Assembly (NCBI RefSeq): GCF_001194135.2 | Contig: NC_069003.1 | Span: 30,744,707-30,777,804, forward strand | DNA length: 33,098 nucleotides | Source: Octopus bimaculoides | Lineage: Eukaryota | Reading direction: 5' to 3' | Shown: in pieces, positions 1-11,031 of the stretch | How positions within the stretch are numbered: the first letter of the stretch is position 1 | Layout of the letters: every line of letters starts with the position of its first letter | Notes under the pieces: model-generated | The model's database searches: none | What the model saw: only the letters and a program-made list of their open reading frames with translations | Told to the model about the DNA's origin: nothing | Translations under genes and position numbers: made by a program

Positions 1-20
1 ATATACATACACATATTTTT

Positions 21-235
21 TATTCTTTTACTTTAGTCGAGCAAATCGACCCCAGGACTTAGTCTTTGTAAGCCTAGTACTTATTCTATCGGTCTCTTTT
101 TGCCAAACCGCTAAGTTATGGGGATGTAAACACACCAACATTGGTTGTGAGCGATACTGTGGGGGTAAACACAGACACAAAGACACACACACATAAATAT
201 ATACATATATATATGTATATATATATGTATGTGTG

Positions 236-272
<37 letters not shown>

Positions 273-523
273 ATGTGTGTGTGTGTGTGTGTGTGTGATG
301 ATGATATATATATATATATACATATGTATGTACCACGTCCTCGCGTTGTTCTTTTCTTGTGATTTTTTTCTTCGTTTTTCTGAATTATATGTATACACAT
401 TTGATTGGCATCTTCCAGTTTCTGTCTACCAAATCCACTCACTAGGCTTTAGTCGGCCTGTGGCTATAGTAGAAGACACTCTGCCCAAGGTGCCACGCAG
501 TGAGATTGAACACGAAACCATAT
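21..523 (-). mobile_element. tRNA-derived SINE, family A (internal AT/GT microsatellite), 5'-truncated
   Basis: Shares long blocks (AAGCCTAGTACTTATTCTATCGGTCTCTTTT, CCCAAGGTGCCACGCAGTG) with the copy at 25262-25872. Confidence 0.85.
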
Positions 524-824
524 AGATGCAAGTGTATTTTCAAACCACCAACTGCGGCCATCAAATATGTACATATGACTTCAAAAAACAATTAATACAT
601 GAGAGAATATGCTACAGTCTTATGCAAAAATGCAGAGTCATGGCTGGAGGGCTTTCATCATAAGTTTGCTCAATCGTGCTTGATCTAGGGCTCACCAAAG
701 AGGAACCATAAACATCAGGGATCCTTGATTTTCCTCTGATACTTACTAACCCCAGCCCCTAACTTCATGGATTTGGCTGTTTACTTCCTTATTCCCATGC
801 AAAAATATACACTTAATAATCTCT

Positions 825-858
<34 letters not shown>

Positions 859-1112
859 AAGGCCATATCACTGCTAAAATGTTAATATATACATGCATAT
901 ATACAATGCACATGTACAAACACATGTTTGAATTTACATATATACACACACACACATTCTTAAAAAAAAAAAAATGGTTGTTTTGCAGAATTTTATGGAA
1001 TTTAATTAGAAAACAGGATTTGTAGAGAACAAAAAATATAACACACACATATAAACGCATATAAATTTAAATATACATATGTATAAGATATGTATATGTA
1101 TATATGTCTATA

Positions 1113-1147
<35 letters not shown>

Positions 1148-1825
1148 NNNNNNNNNNNNNNNNNNNNNNNNNNNNNNNNNNNNNNNNNNNNNNNNNNNNN
1201 NNNNNNNNNNNNNNNNNNNNNNNNNNNNNNNNNNNNNNNNNNNNNNNNNNNNNNNATATGTATGTATGTATATATGTATGCATGAATGTGTCTGTGTGTG
1301 TATATATGTGTGTGTATGTTATATACATAGATATGTATGTATATATATATATATATGCATATATATGAGACAATACACACACACAGACACAAACACGCAT
1401 ATATAAATATATATACAGGATTTATATGAAGAAATTATATAAATATAATAAATATATAAACAATCTGCGTCTTTTGGTTGTGCCTGTATTTGACATGGGT
1501 ATTGACTCGAATGTATATTCTCAAACGTTTGAGAAACCAGATTTTTTCCAGATTACTTTTGGTTCGTGTGAATTCATTCCCCAAGGGGAAACCAGGAATC
1601 TGTTAACTCTTGGAAAGAAAACGGTTTCAGAACAAGCAATTAAGAAAATGCCTTTGCACAGATGTGGGCTAAATTGGAATAAGGGTTTTATGTACATAGA
1701 ATGTTGAATTCACTTCTGGGTGCATTGTAGGGGTGTACTCATTAAGTATATTATTGGTGATGGCATTGTGGTTGATGTTGTTGTTGTGGTAGTTGCCGTT
1801 ATTTGGTTCCAGGTGATTTTGTGGT

Positions 1826-1931
1826 ATAAATATTGATTTCAAATTTTGGCACAGGGCCAGCAATTTCGGTGGTGGTGGTCACGTCGATTACATCGATCCC
1901 AGTGCTCAGTGGCACTCACTTTATCAACCCT
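1826..1931 (-). mobile_element. SINE family B, 3' fragment
   Basis: CAAATTTTGGCACAGGGCCAGCAATTT...GTCGATTACATCGA, similar to 3737-3898 and 20396-20572. Confidence 0.65.
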
Positions 1932-3440
1932 GATATGTGATGTGGTGTGCCGTGCACCTGTTCAGGCAACGTTGATTTGATGGAGGGAGTGAACTAATGC
2001 ACGGCACATACATTTGATCTCCATAAACAAATCATTTGTGCGGTTCATTCGGCAAAAAACAGAACACTCGTATGTCATCTTTGAGAGTTCATCATATGTA
2101 TGTGTGTGTGTGTGTGTGTGTGTATGTGTGTATATAAACTGAAGTGTACAGTATCATATGTCCATTATGGCTGATCTTACAGATCCGTTTCACACTAGGG
2201 GCTCAACGGAGTGTTAGATAACAGTCCGATTATGTAACCCTGTGCTCATCAGAGGTAGCTGTGATAGAATGAAACATAATGTGATTTCAGCATACATATA
2301 TATATATACATATGTGATTTTATTCCATTGAACCTCCTCAGTAGGAAGCACTGGTCACCTCATACCAGTTAGGTCTCGCTGCTACAATATATAGAACTTC
2401 AACATCTTTTCAGACACTGATGTTGCAAATAGCCAGCAGGCTTATTAAAAATTAACTATTAGAAATGGAAGCTGTATTAATACCAAAAGGCAGTCTTACT
2501 ATCCAACTTAACATGGATGCCCTGTTAGAACACCAAATACTGCATTATTAGCTTTGAAAGATCCTCTTGTTTAGAATTAATAGAATCAGAAAAGCAATGG
2601 GAAGCAAACTTCTTAACCGTTCACCCACAAAGAGAAAACACTGACATAAAAAAACACATCTTTTGTGTTTGAAATTTTTTTCCTAAATATTTATATTCTG
2701 GAATGTATGAATGTGTGTATGAGTGGTTAAGTGGACGGATGGTTAATTTCTTTCTCCTTTTTTTTTCTTTCTTTCTGTTTCATATTGGAACAAGTTGGTT
2801 TACTTGTATAAATTTCCTAAAGAAAATTTGTTAAGGTAAACACGACTCTAGAAGCAATTAACAACAGCTCCGTTGGGACTGGTGTTAATTGGTGAGAAGG
2901 ATTTTGAATGATTAACTAGCGGAATATCAAGGTGGATTGTGGAGTCCTGAGGGATTTCAGAGATGCTGGTAGGAGAACGGTAATTTAAAATAATGTGGGA
3001 TAAACACTCAATGGCAGGTGATAATCGCGAGTTTGTTGGAAATAAATATTAATGTACAGGTGATTACATTAATATTTTCAACCTCTCCATCACCACCACA
3101 TACCATATCCCTGTGTAATTTATTACACGGGGATGTGGTATGTGGTGGCAGGGAGATTGATTTTCTTATCCGAAAATTTAATAAACACAACCGCCCACTA
3201 CCACCATCACAATCATCACCAACATCATAACCTAATGAGAAAACTTGCTAGAAATAGCTGCCAAATGTCCTTCAATTCACACCTTGCCATGCATTAAACA
3301 TATGTATTAAACATAGGAGATCAAGACCCTGTAAGGAAAATTTGGTTTATGGCTATGCTTAAGGCATTATGGTTAGGGTTAAGAGTTAAGGCTTGCAATC
3401 TAAAATTAAAGATACATGGAAAGGGGAAATATTTGGATAA

Positions 3441-3722
3441 AAAGGTCGCGAGTTCAATTCCTGGCAGCATATTGTGTCCTTGAGCAAGACAGTTTATTTC
3501 ACTTTGCTCCTGTCAACTCAGCTGGCAAAAATGAGTTGTACATGTATTTTAAAGGGAAAGCCTGGTCACATCCTGTATCATTCTGAATCTCCCTGAGAAC
3601 TGCATTCTGGGTATGCATGTATGTGGAGTACTCAGCCACTTGCATGTTAATTTCATGAGCAGGCTGTTCTGTTCATTGAATCAATGGGAACCCTTGTCAT
3701 CATAACTGATGGAGTGCCAGTT
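3441..3722 (+). mobile_element. tRNA-head SINE (family D-type head, distinct body)
   Basis: B-box-like GAGTTCAATTCC, then TTGTGTCCTTGAGCAAGAC...CTCAGCTGGCAAAAATGAGT shared with 11536-11776. Confidence 0.7.
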
Positions 3723-3736
3723 AAAATCCTAGTAAA

Positions 3737-3898
3737 TAATGGCTTCAAATTTTGGCACAGGGTCAGCAGCTTTTGAGGGGAGGGGGAAGTCGATTACATC
3801 ATCTCCAGTATTTGACTGGTACTTTATTTTATCGACCCCCAAAAGAATGAAAAGCAATGTCAACCTCGGTGGAATTTGAACTCAGAATATCTAAAGAC
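3737..3898 (-). mobile_element. SINE family B, 5'-truncated
   Basis: Reverse complement of the family B body (GGAATTTGAACTCAGAA, ACTGGTACTT, ATCGACCCC). Confidence 0.8.
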
Positions 3899-4269
3899 TA
3901 AACAATGACAACAAAGTCAAGCCCTATTCTGTTTTTAATATGGTAAGGCATATTTTGAGAGGGATTAGGTTGCTATTTATTTTTTTTTTGCAGGTTGAAT
4001 GGTAATGTAAAGGTTCTGTTGTTAGGCTGTCCACAAACCTTTTCTGAGAGTGGAGCAGCATTGATTCAGTCAGGAGCTAGGATGTTTCTTAGATGTTCTT
4101 TTTTTTTGTCTTTTACTGTCCCTTCTGCTTGAGTTATGAAAACATTATTCTCTTGGGTCAGTCAGTTAATTCACTTTAGTCCCCAGCTAATGAAATCAGT
4201 GGCCCTGTCAGATCCTATCAAGGTTTAACTTGAAAGAATTCAAAAGTGATGACGAGGAGAAGGAAGAGG

Positions 4270-4420
4270 AGGGTGATGGCTGGGAGGAGTTTCCACAACA
4301 TCTGTTGGGAGTTTGTTCCAGATATCTAACAACCTGAATCTAAAGAAATAAACTTATAAATGCTGCAACTTCCACTTTTGTGTTTTGGGGATTTGAACCC
4401 CCAACTATGGTATTACCAGT
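4270..4420 (-). mobile_element. Degenerate CR1-type LINE ORF2 C-terminal fragment
   Basis: Minus strand reads FFRFRLLDIWNKLPTDVVET, resembling the CR1 terminal motif FFSxRVVxxWNxLPxxVV. Confidence 0.55.
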
Positions 4421-4440
4421 TTACTGTCATGAATGACAAT

Positions 4441-4490
4441 CAGGCCTTTCACAATACCCTTAAAGCCAGATACTTTTCAGCATCCCCTTG
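4441..4490 (-). mobile_element. Mariner-derived MITE end fragment, inverted
   Basis: Reverse complement CAAGGGGATGCTGAAAAGTATCTGGCTTTAAGGGTATTGTGAAAGGCCTG aligns with 4648-4700. Confidence 0.55.
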
Positions 4491-4632
4491 CATCATCATC
4501 ATCATCGTCGTTTAACGTCCGCTTTCCATGCTAGCATGGGTTGGACGATATGACTGAGGACTGGTGAAACCGGATGGCAACACCAGGCTCCAAGCTGATT
4601 TGGCAGTTTCTACAGCTGGATGCCCTTCCTAA
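4491..4632 (-). mobile_element. RTE LINE 3' end or RTE-tailed SINE with (GAT)n tail
   Basis: (CAT)n followed by CGTTTAACGTCCGCTTTCCATGCTAGCATGGGTTGGA...TTTCTACAGCTGGATGCCCTTCCTAAC, recurring at 5377, 14249, 14822 and 28075. Confidence 0.8.
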
Positions 4633-4647
4633 CTATATATACACACA

Positions 4648-4794
4648 AGGGAGTGCCAGAATGTTCCTGGCTTTAAGAGTATCACGCAGGACCTAGTTGG
4701 AAGCCCAACTTTCCAAGTTCTTTTACAAAGCATAGAAAACCTGAAGGACTGCTGCAGTAAGTGTGTGAATCTGAGACGGGAATATGCTGAATAA
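4648..4794 (+). mobile_element. Mariner-derived non-autonomous element, partial
   Basis: TIR-like start, then IENLKDCCSKCVNLRREYAE*, resembling the mariner transposase C-terminus (GIxxLxxRWxKCVxxxGxYxE*). Confidence 0.65.
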
Positions 4795-4848
4795 GATCGT
4801 TAGAATACCAGATAAAATGCTTAGTGGCATTTCTTCCATCATTACATC

Positions 4849-5298
4849 TGTAGTGACACCTAATACCAGTCGCCATTTTGGGAAGTTCGTCCACGTATGC
4901 GCAGGGACATGTCTTCCGGAAGGCATGCAGGAAGTCCCTCATGCGCATGCATGGTCATCCTATATCAAAGCGTTCCTGCCTTTTCTCGACCTCTTAGCGC
5001 CACAGCTTCGAAGACACGAGGTCACTAAGAGCCACTCCGTCAACTCTACCTTTGAGTCAACGCAAACTACTTTGGAGGCTGAAGAATGACTTAATCATCC
5101 AGCATCGACACCGATGCTGTCTTCACACCAACCATAAAGGGCGACCTGGCAATTCCGTTACCTGAGATGTAGGCTGAGCACCTCATAATAAACATTTGTT
5201 ATGCTGTTATTCAATTTATCCAGTGTCTTTGTTTTTATTGAAGAGAATTGATTTGTACGGGATAGGGTTACCCAATGATGGTGGCCCTATCGCCTGCA
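4849..5298 (+). mobile_element. Solo LTR (450 bp), probably Ty3/gypsy-type
   Basis: Begins TGTAG and ends CTGCA (TG...CA, imperfect terminal inverted repeat). Flanked by CATC at 4845-4848 and 5299-5302. GC/CpG-richer than its flanks, with TATA-like CCTATATCAAAG near 4959 and AATAAA near 5187. Confidence 0.75.
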
Positions 5299-5376
5299 CA
5301 TCCATACCACACAGCCACAACTGTGCATATTCTACTATAACACAACCTCAATGGTAGGTCAGAGGTAGATCAGGAT

Positions 5377-5537
5377 TATCATCATCGTCATCATCATCAT
5401 CGTCATCATCATCATTGTCGTTTAACGTCCACTTTCCATGCTAGCATATGTGGGCCGATTTGACTGAGGACTGGTGGACCAGGAGGTGACACCAGGCTCC
5501 AATCTGATTTGGCAGAGTTTCTACAGCTGGATGCCCT
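5377..5537 (-). mobile_element. RTE LINE 3' end or RTE-tailed SINE
   Basis: Same tail as 4491-4632, with a (CAT)n tract. Confidence 0.8.
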
Positions 5538-5613
5538 TTTGGTATTAATACTGCTTCTGTTGTAAGTAATTATTAAAAGAAATAAAAAAACTGTAGGTGA
5601 TTATAGTGACTTA

Positions 5614-5790
<177 letters not shown>

Positions 5791-5904
5791 TTAAATACAA
5801 ATATTTAGAGAGAAAAAATTAAAGATATAAGGAAAATTAAGCAAACGGAAAATGTCTCTTGTCTGTATGTCTGTATGTGTGTGTGTGTGTGTGTGTGTCT
5901 TTTA

Positions 5905-6110
5905 ATTTTTTAATCATTGGATTGAGGCCGTATAGGGGAACTGACTGGAAGAGTTTTAGTCAAATGAATCAACCTCTAATCCTCTACTTTGTTAAGCCTA
6001 GTACTTATTCTATTGGTCTCTTTTGCTGAACTGCCAGGTTACAGTGATGTAAACAAACCAACACTGGTTGTCGAGTGGTGGTGAAGGACAAGCACACACA
6101 GAGATACATA
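5905..6110 (-). mobile_element. SINE family A, diverged 3' half
   Basis: AAGCCTAGTACTTATTCTATTGGTCTCTTTTGCTGAAC block. Confidence 0.75.
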
Positions 6111-6164
6111 CATACAGACAGACATATATATACATACATAAATACATACATATATATATATACA

Positions 6165-6345
6165 TGATGTGATGGCCGTCCACTCGTAACCGAGGAAGAC
6201 CATTGCCAACCTTCAGTAACATTGTGCGCTCTAGTACTAACTTACATTTTGCTTTTACGGCTCCGTTGGTGGCTAATGAGCCCTGCTCTTGACTAGCATA
6301 CACGACTGCAAACATTGCAGACCAAGCTTTCTCCATTCACTATAC
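6165..6345 (-). mobile_element. Probable RTE-clade LINE 3' end (different family)
   Basis: GATGGCCGTCCACTCGTAACCGAGGAAGACCA and GGTGGCTAATGAGCCC resemble recalled RTE/BovB-type 3' ends. No protein motif confirmed. Confidence 0.3.
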
Positions 6346-6974
6346 GAGCCATATACATACATACATACATACATACATAACAATTGATGGACAAGTGTCA
6401 ATTCATTACAGCTGTTTCTAACAAATTTTTTAATTGATTAATGAGTACATTATATCATCATTAAAAAAACCATTTTACAATGAAAGACATTTAAAATAAT
6501 TCAAAATCCATGACGCATATACATTTAGTGATTCTACAACTGGCCCTTGCGTACCAACAAATAGGGTACACTGAAGATGATGACCTCATACCAAGATCAG
6601 AAAGACGCATAATATCTACTTGCCGAGGGTTAAACAACATCATCCTCATCACCATCACCATCAGCAACACCCGAAACAACAAACACAACAACAAACACCA
6701 CCACCATAATGACAACAACAACAACAACCATCTGTGTGTCTCCTACAAAATAACATATCATCATAATACATTTATGAAAAAGTAGATACAAGAGCAGGAC
6801 TAATTCTAATTTGATGGCTGCCTTGAAGTGTTCTTTGACACTTTCTTTCATATATTATGTTCTCCCAACAGGAGGAATTATGATTTAATGAGGAATTGAT
6901 CAAGATAACTAACGATCGTTAGCGAAACTCTTAATATTACGATAGACTTATCAGGCAGTAAATTACAAGCTGTT

Positions 6975-7190
6975 GGGGCTGCTGTAGTCTAGTTTAGCCC
7001 TAGGTCTGAACCTCATTGAGTAGACTATGACCAAAGACGTTTCAACTATGACCACCTCGTCTTTTTTGTGGGGTGTATAAGATGACATCATCCATTGTGT
7101 TCTTGCCTTCTCTTCCCAGATATGGCAGCATATGATCTGATGGAGATTTAACTGTTGTTTTTAGCAGCATAAGTGACAATATAGAGGCTC
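6975..7190. repeat. Unclassified interspersed repeat
   Basis: The segment ATGG...GATTTAACTGTTGTTTTTAGCAG resembles about 3940-4000 and 18755-18800. The segment near 6990-7030 resembles the reverse complement of about 650-695. Confidence 0.35.
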
Positions 7191-7251
7191 CCCTGATGTA
7201 CAAATCAAGATGTTTATGCAGTTAGATAAAGTACATAATCAGACATATTCT

Positions 7252-7470
7252 TTTATTCTTTCATTCGTTTCAGTCATTTGAGTGCGGCCATGCTGGAGCA
7301 CTGCTCTTTATTTGAAGAAATTGACCCCAGGACTTATTCTCTGTAAGCCTGGTATTTATTCTATGGGTCTCTTTTGCTGAACTGCTAAGTTACGGGGGGA
7401 CATAAACACACCAACATTGGTTGTCAAGCAATGGTGGGGAGTGGGGGGGACAAACACAGACACACAAACA
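7252..7470 (-). mobile_element. SINE family A, 3' half
   Basis: TTTCAGTCATTTGAGTGCGGCCATGCTGGAGCAC...GACCCCAGGACTTATTC. Confidence 0.85.
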
Positions 7471-7529
7471 TTTACACACCCACACATATATATTCATACA
7501 TATTATACATACATACATATATACATTCA

Positions 7530-7867
7530 TGGCAGAATAAAAACCTACAGAATTGGTCCCTATAGCAGTGGAAGAACGTTATTTTCTCGGACGAGTCATC
7601 CTTTACCAGCCAAGCATACTTGTGGAGACAGCCAAAAGAAGCATTTGACCCAGACTGCCTTCTTCCAACTGTTAAAGATGGAGGAGGATCTGTGATGATC
7701 TGGGGGTTTATATCTTGGAAATCCGTAGGCCCAATGGTTTCTCTTCATGGCAGAATTAATAGTCAAGACTATTTAAGCATTTTATCTAATCAAATTCATG
7801 CTATGGTTGCGGAACTGTTTCTGGAGGGAAACACAATCTTTCAGGATGATAATGCACCAATTCACAA
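7530..7867 (+). mobile_element. Tc1-family transposase fragment (pseudogenised)
   Basis: One frame reads WQNKNLQNWSL*QWKNVIFSDESSFTSQAYLWRQPKEAFDPDCLLPTVKDGGGSVMIWG...IFQDDNAPIH. It contains the first (FSDES) and second (FQDDN) catalytic aspartates and a TAG at 7563. Confidence 0.9.
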
Positions 7868-7869
7868 TA

Positions 7870-8040
7870 ATGAAGGTAGCACATTACTGTCCTAGCAATC
7901 ATGACAATTCTAGCAATCAATTCCAGCCTCCTACTTCCCGTCACTCATGAATATGACCCTGAGGTATTTGAACTGCTCCACTTGTCTCAGGGATGTTCCA
8001 CTACAGGCAGACAGCACAGTACTTGTGCCATAGATTTGGT
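7870..8040 (-). mobile_element. RTE-clade LINE RT fragment
   Basis: Minus strand reads SGTSLRQVEQFKYLRVIFMSDGK*EAGIDC*, matching RTE LxQVExFKYLGVxFTSDG..ExEID. Confidence 0.75.
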
Positions 8041-8239
8041 AATTGTTTTAGGTGCCAATTTAGTTACAAAAAGACATAGACAGCCCCTGAGACACCCACT
8101 CCACCAATACCATTGGAACTAATGGAACATTGAGTATATGACAGCCAGAGGAAGGGTAGGGGCAGGGACAGGTGTATGAGCGCTAGACTGGTACTCATTT
8201 TCAAGTGAGTAGATTGATGGCATTCATTGTCAGACTGCA

Positions 8240-8374
8240 AGAGAAACAATACAATGCTTTGGAGAGAGAATAGTTTGCCACTACAGCAATGTCAATTGGT
8301 CTTCACGTTCCCAAGACTTGACTAACCCGGATCTTTTCTTTTGGGGTTACCTGAAAGAGAGGGTTTATGCCAAC
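8240..8374 (+). mobile_element. Second Tc1/mariner transposase fragment (DDxD type)
   Basis: CFGERIVCHYSNVNWSSRSQDLTNPDLFFWGYLKERVYAN matches WPxRSPDLxPxDFFLWGYLKxxVY. Confidence 0.8.
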
Positions 8375-8484
8375 ATACTGCTTGGTCCATGAACTGAACC
8401 TGAGACCACATGATCATGAGCTCAACAAACACTAGGCTACACTGGCACATATGCATATATATGTGTGAGTGTGTGTGTATGTGA

Positions 8485-8528
<44 letters not shown>

Positions 8529-9682
8529 NNNNNNNNNNNNNNNNNNNNNNNNNNNNNNNNNNNNNNNNNNNNNNNNNNNNNNNNNNNNNNNNNNNNNNNN
8601 NNNNNNNNNNNNNNNNNNNNNNNNNNNNNNNNNNNNNNNNNNNNNNNNNNNNNNNNNNNNNNNNNNNNNNNNNNNNNNNNNNNNNNNNNNNNNNNNNNNN
8701 NNNNNNNNNNNNNNNNNNNNNNNNNNNNNNNNNNNNNNNNNNNNNNNNNNNNNNNNNNNNNNNNNNNNNNNNNNNNNNNNNNNNNNNNNNNNNNNNNNNN
8801 NNNNNNNNNNNNNNNACACACACACGTACATAAAGAGAGTTTCAGGGAGGTATGATCGTAAAAAAAACATATATCTTCATATTGACAGCACACAGATAAA
8901 ACTTCATATTTTCAAGATTCTTGACTGGAAGGAAGCTAGTTAATTTAATTAAACTTAATATTCATTATCATACAGCAAAACAATTTCCCCCCAGAATGAA
9001 ACAGCTAAAGAAAACAAAATACACACACACAAACAAAAAAAAAAAAAAACGCAGACATCTGCCCCCTACCAAAAAAAAAAAAAGAAAAAAATAAAGACAA
9101 GAAAAAAGAAAAAAAAAGGAAATCAAAAGAAATATATACTAGAAAACAAAACACAAAATTGCATTTCTGATGTCAGAAATAAGATAATAATAGTAATTAT
9201 GCTGTGAATGTTAATTAATATTGTTATAATCTACTTTAGGAGAACATTTAATTACTGAACTTATCAACTTAAAATACCTCTTAGTCTTTTTAGCAGATAC
9301 TCAAGACTGTTCTGTTATCAAACTATCTACATCCATGTAGTTTCCTATGTTATTGACATAGCTTTACATTTGTTTCGGGGGATGGTGGGTTACATATTTT
9401 TTTTATATGTGTTGTTTTCGTTGAAGTTGTTCTTATTATGGTTAAGATGGTGGCATTTATTGTCGTGATTGTTTTGATGGTGATGGTGGTTGTTAATTAC
9501 AGCTGGTGGTGACTGTTGGTGTTGTTATTAATCATGTTAGTAGCCGTTTTCGTCCATGTTTTTGTTGTGGTGGTGGCAGTTAGTGGTAATAGTTGCTATT
9601 GGTGTGGTTATGGCGGTAGTGGCCATGTTACTGGTCTTGTTGTGATAGTGTTTGTACATATATGTGTATGTATATATATGTG

Positions 9683-9713
<31 letters not shown>

Positions 9714-10043
9714 NNNNNNNNNNNNNNNNNNNNNNNNNNNNNNNNNNNNNNNNNNNNNNNNNNNNNNNNNNNNNNNNNNNNNNNNNNNNNNNNNNNNNNN
9801 NNNNNNNNNNNNNNNNNNNNNNNNNNNNNNNNNNNNNNNNNNNNNNNNNNNNNNNNNNNNNNNNNNNNNNNNNNNNNNNNNNNNNNNNNNNNNNNNNNNN
9901 NNNNNNNNNNNNTGTGTGTGTGTGTGTCTATGCATGTGTGTATCTTTGTGTTTATGTTTACGACCCACCTATATATACATAGATAGATAGATAGATAGAT
10001 ATACATATACATATCTATATGCATATGTGTGTGTGTGTGTGTG

Positions 10044-10272
10044 TCTATGCATGTGTGTATCTTTGTGTTTATGTTTGCGACCCATCACTGCTTGACAACT
10101 GGTGTTAGTTTATTTACATCCCTGTAACTTGGCAGTTCAACAAAAGAGACCAATAGAATAAGTACCAGGTTAAAAAAAAAAAAATAAGCATTAGGTTCAG
10201 TTTGTTCAATTAAACCCTTCAAGGTGGTGCCCCAGCATGGCCAAAGTCCGATAACTAAAACAAGTAGTGAAA
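10044..10272 (+). mobile_element. SINE family A, 3' half
   Basis: CAAAAGAGACCAATAGAATAAGTACCAGG...GGTGCCCCAGCATGGCC. Confidence 0.8.
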
Positions 10273-10669
10273 GACAAAAGCGGAATCACATAGACAACCA
10301 TTTCTTTAGTTCCCTTAGCGTTATTAGTAGTGGTAGCCATGAGTGGAGCCTAAGTGATTAGCGATGTCGGCAGGTAGTGCATCTGTATGGATGGAGAAAA
10401 CAGCATTTTTCAGTGTCAGAAAGAGGAAAATATTCAGTGAATGTTCATATGTCATATTCTACTTTTCCGCAACATTAAAGTTTCGACTTAGTAATTTCAG
10501 GAAAGGAAAGAATTGGAGCCGCTTTTTGGTCTGTCATTTTTGAGGGATTATTTCCTAATGCATGTGTGTCTGTGTGTGTGTGTGTGCGTGCATGTATATG
10601 TGCATGTGTGTATGTATGTGTGTATGAAAGAGAGAGAGAGAGAGAGAGTGAGAGAAAACTGTTTATGTA

Positions 10670-10700
10670 CTTTATTATTATTATTGCTAGAGTTATTATC

Positions 10701-10768
<68 letters not shown>

Positions 10769-10781
10769 CATTATTATTATC
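10670..10781. repeat. (TTA)n microsatellite
   Basis: Directly visible; source of the poly-I/L/N ORFs. Confidence 0.95.
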
Positions 10782-10994
10782 AAGGAGGTGAGCTGGCAGA
10801 CTCAATAGCATGCTGGATGAAATGCTTAGTGGTATTTTGCCTGCCGCTGTGTTCTGAGTTCAAATTCTGCCAAGGTCGACTTTGCCTTTCATCCTTTCAG
10901 GGTCAATGAAACTAGTACCAGTTGTGCACTGGGGTCGATGTAATCGACTAAACCCCTTCCCCACCAAATTTTCAAGGCCTTGTACCTAGAGTAG
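10782..10994 (+). mobile_element. tRNA-derived SINE family B, near full length
   Basis: AAGGAGGTGAGCTGGCAGA head (A-box-like), GAGTTCAAATTC B-box, body GTCGACTTTGCCTTTCATCC. Confidence 0.85.
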
Positions 10995-10999
10995 TCCAT

Positions 11000-11031
<32 letters not shown>

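Noticed and set aside
1426-1707. 93-aa plus-strand ORF, or the next ferlin exon on the minus strand
   Set aside because: No recognisable homology or convincing splice sites. The minus-strand reading after ttaacag (FLVSPWGMNSHEPK) does not match the expected SLTGEGNFNW.
4682-5089. Overlapping ORFs of 67-101 aa
   Set aside because: They span a mariner remnant, a SINE fragment and the solo LTR, so they are chance open frames in GC-richer repeat DNA.
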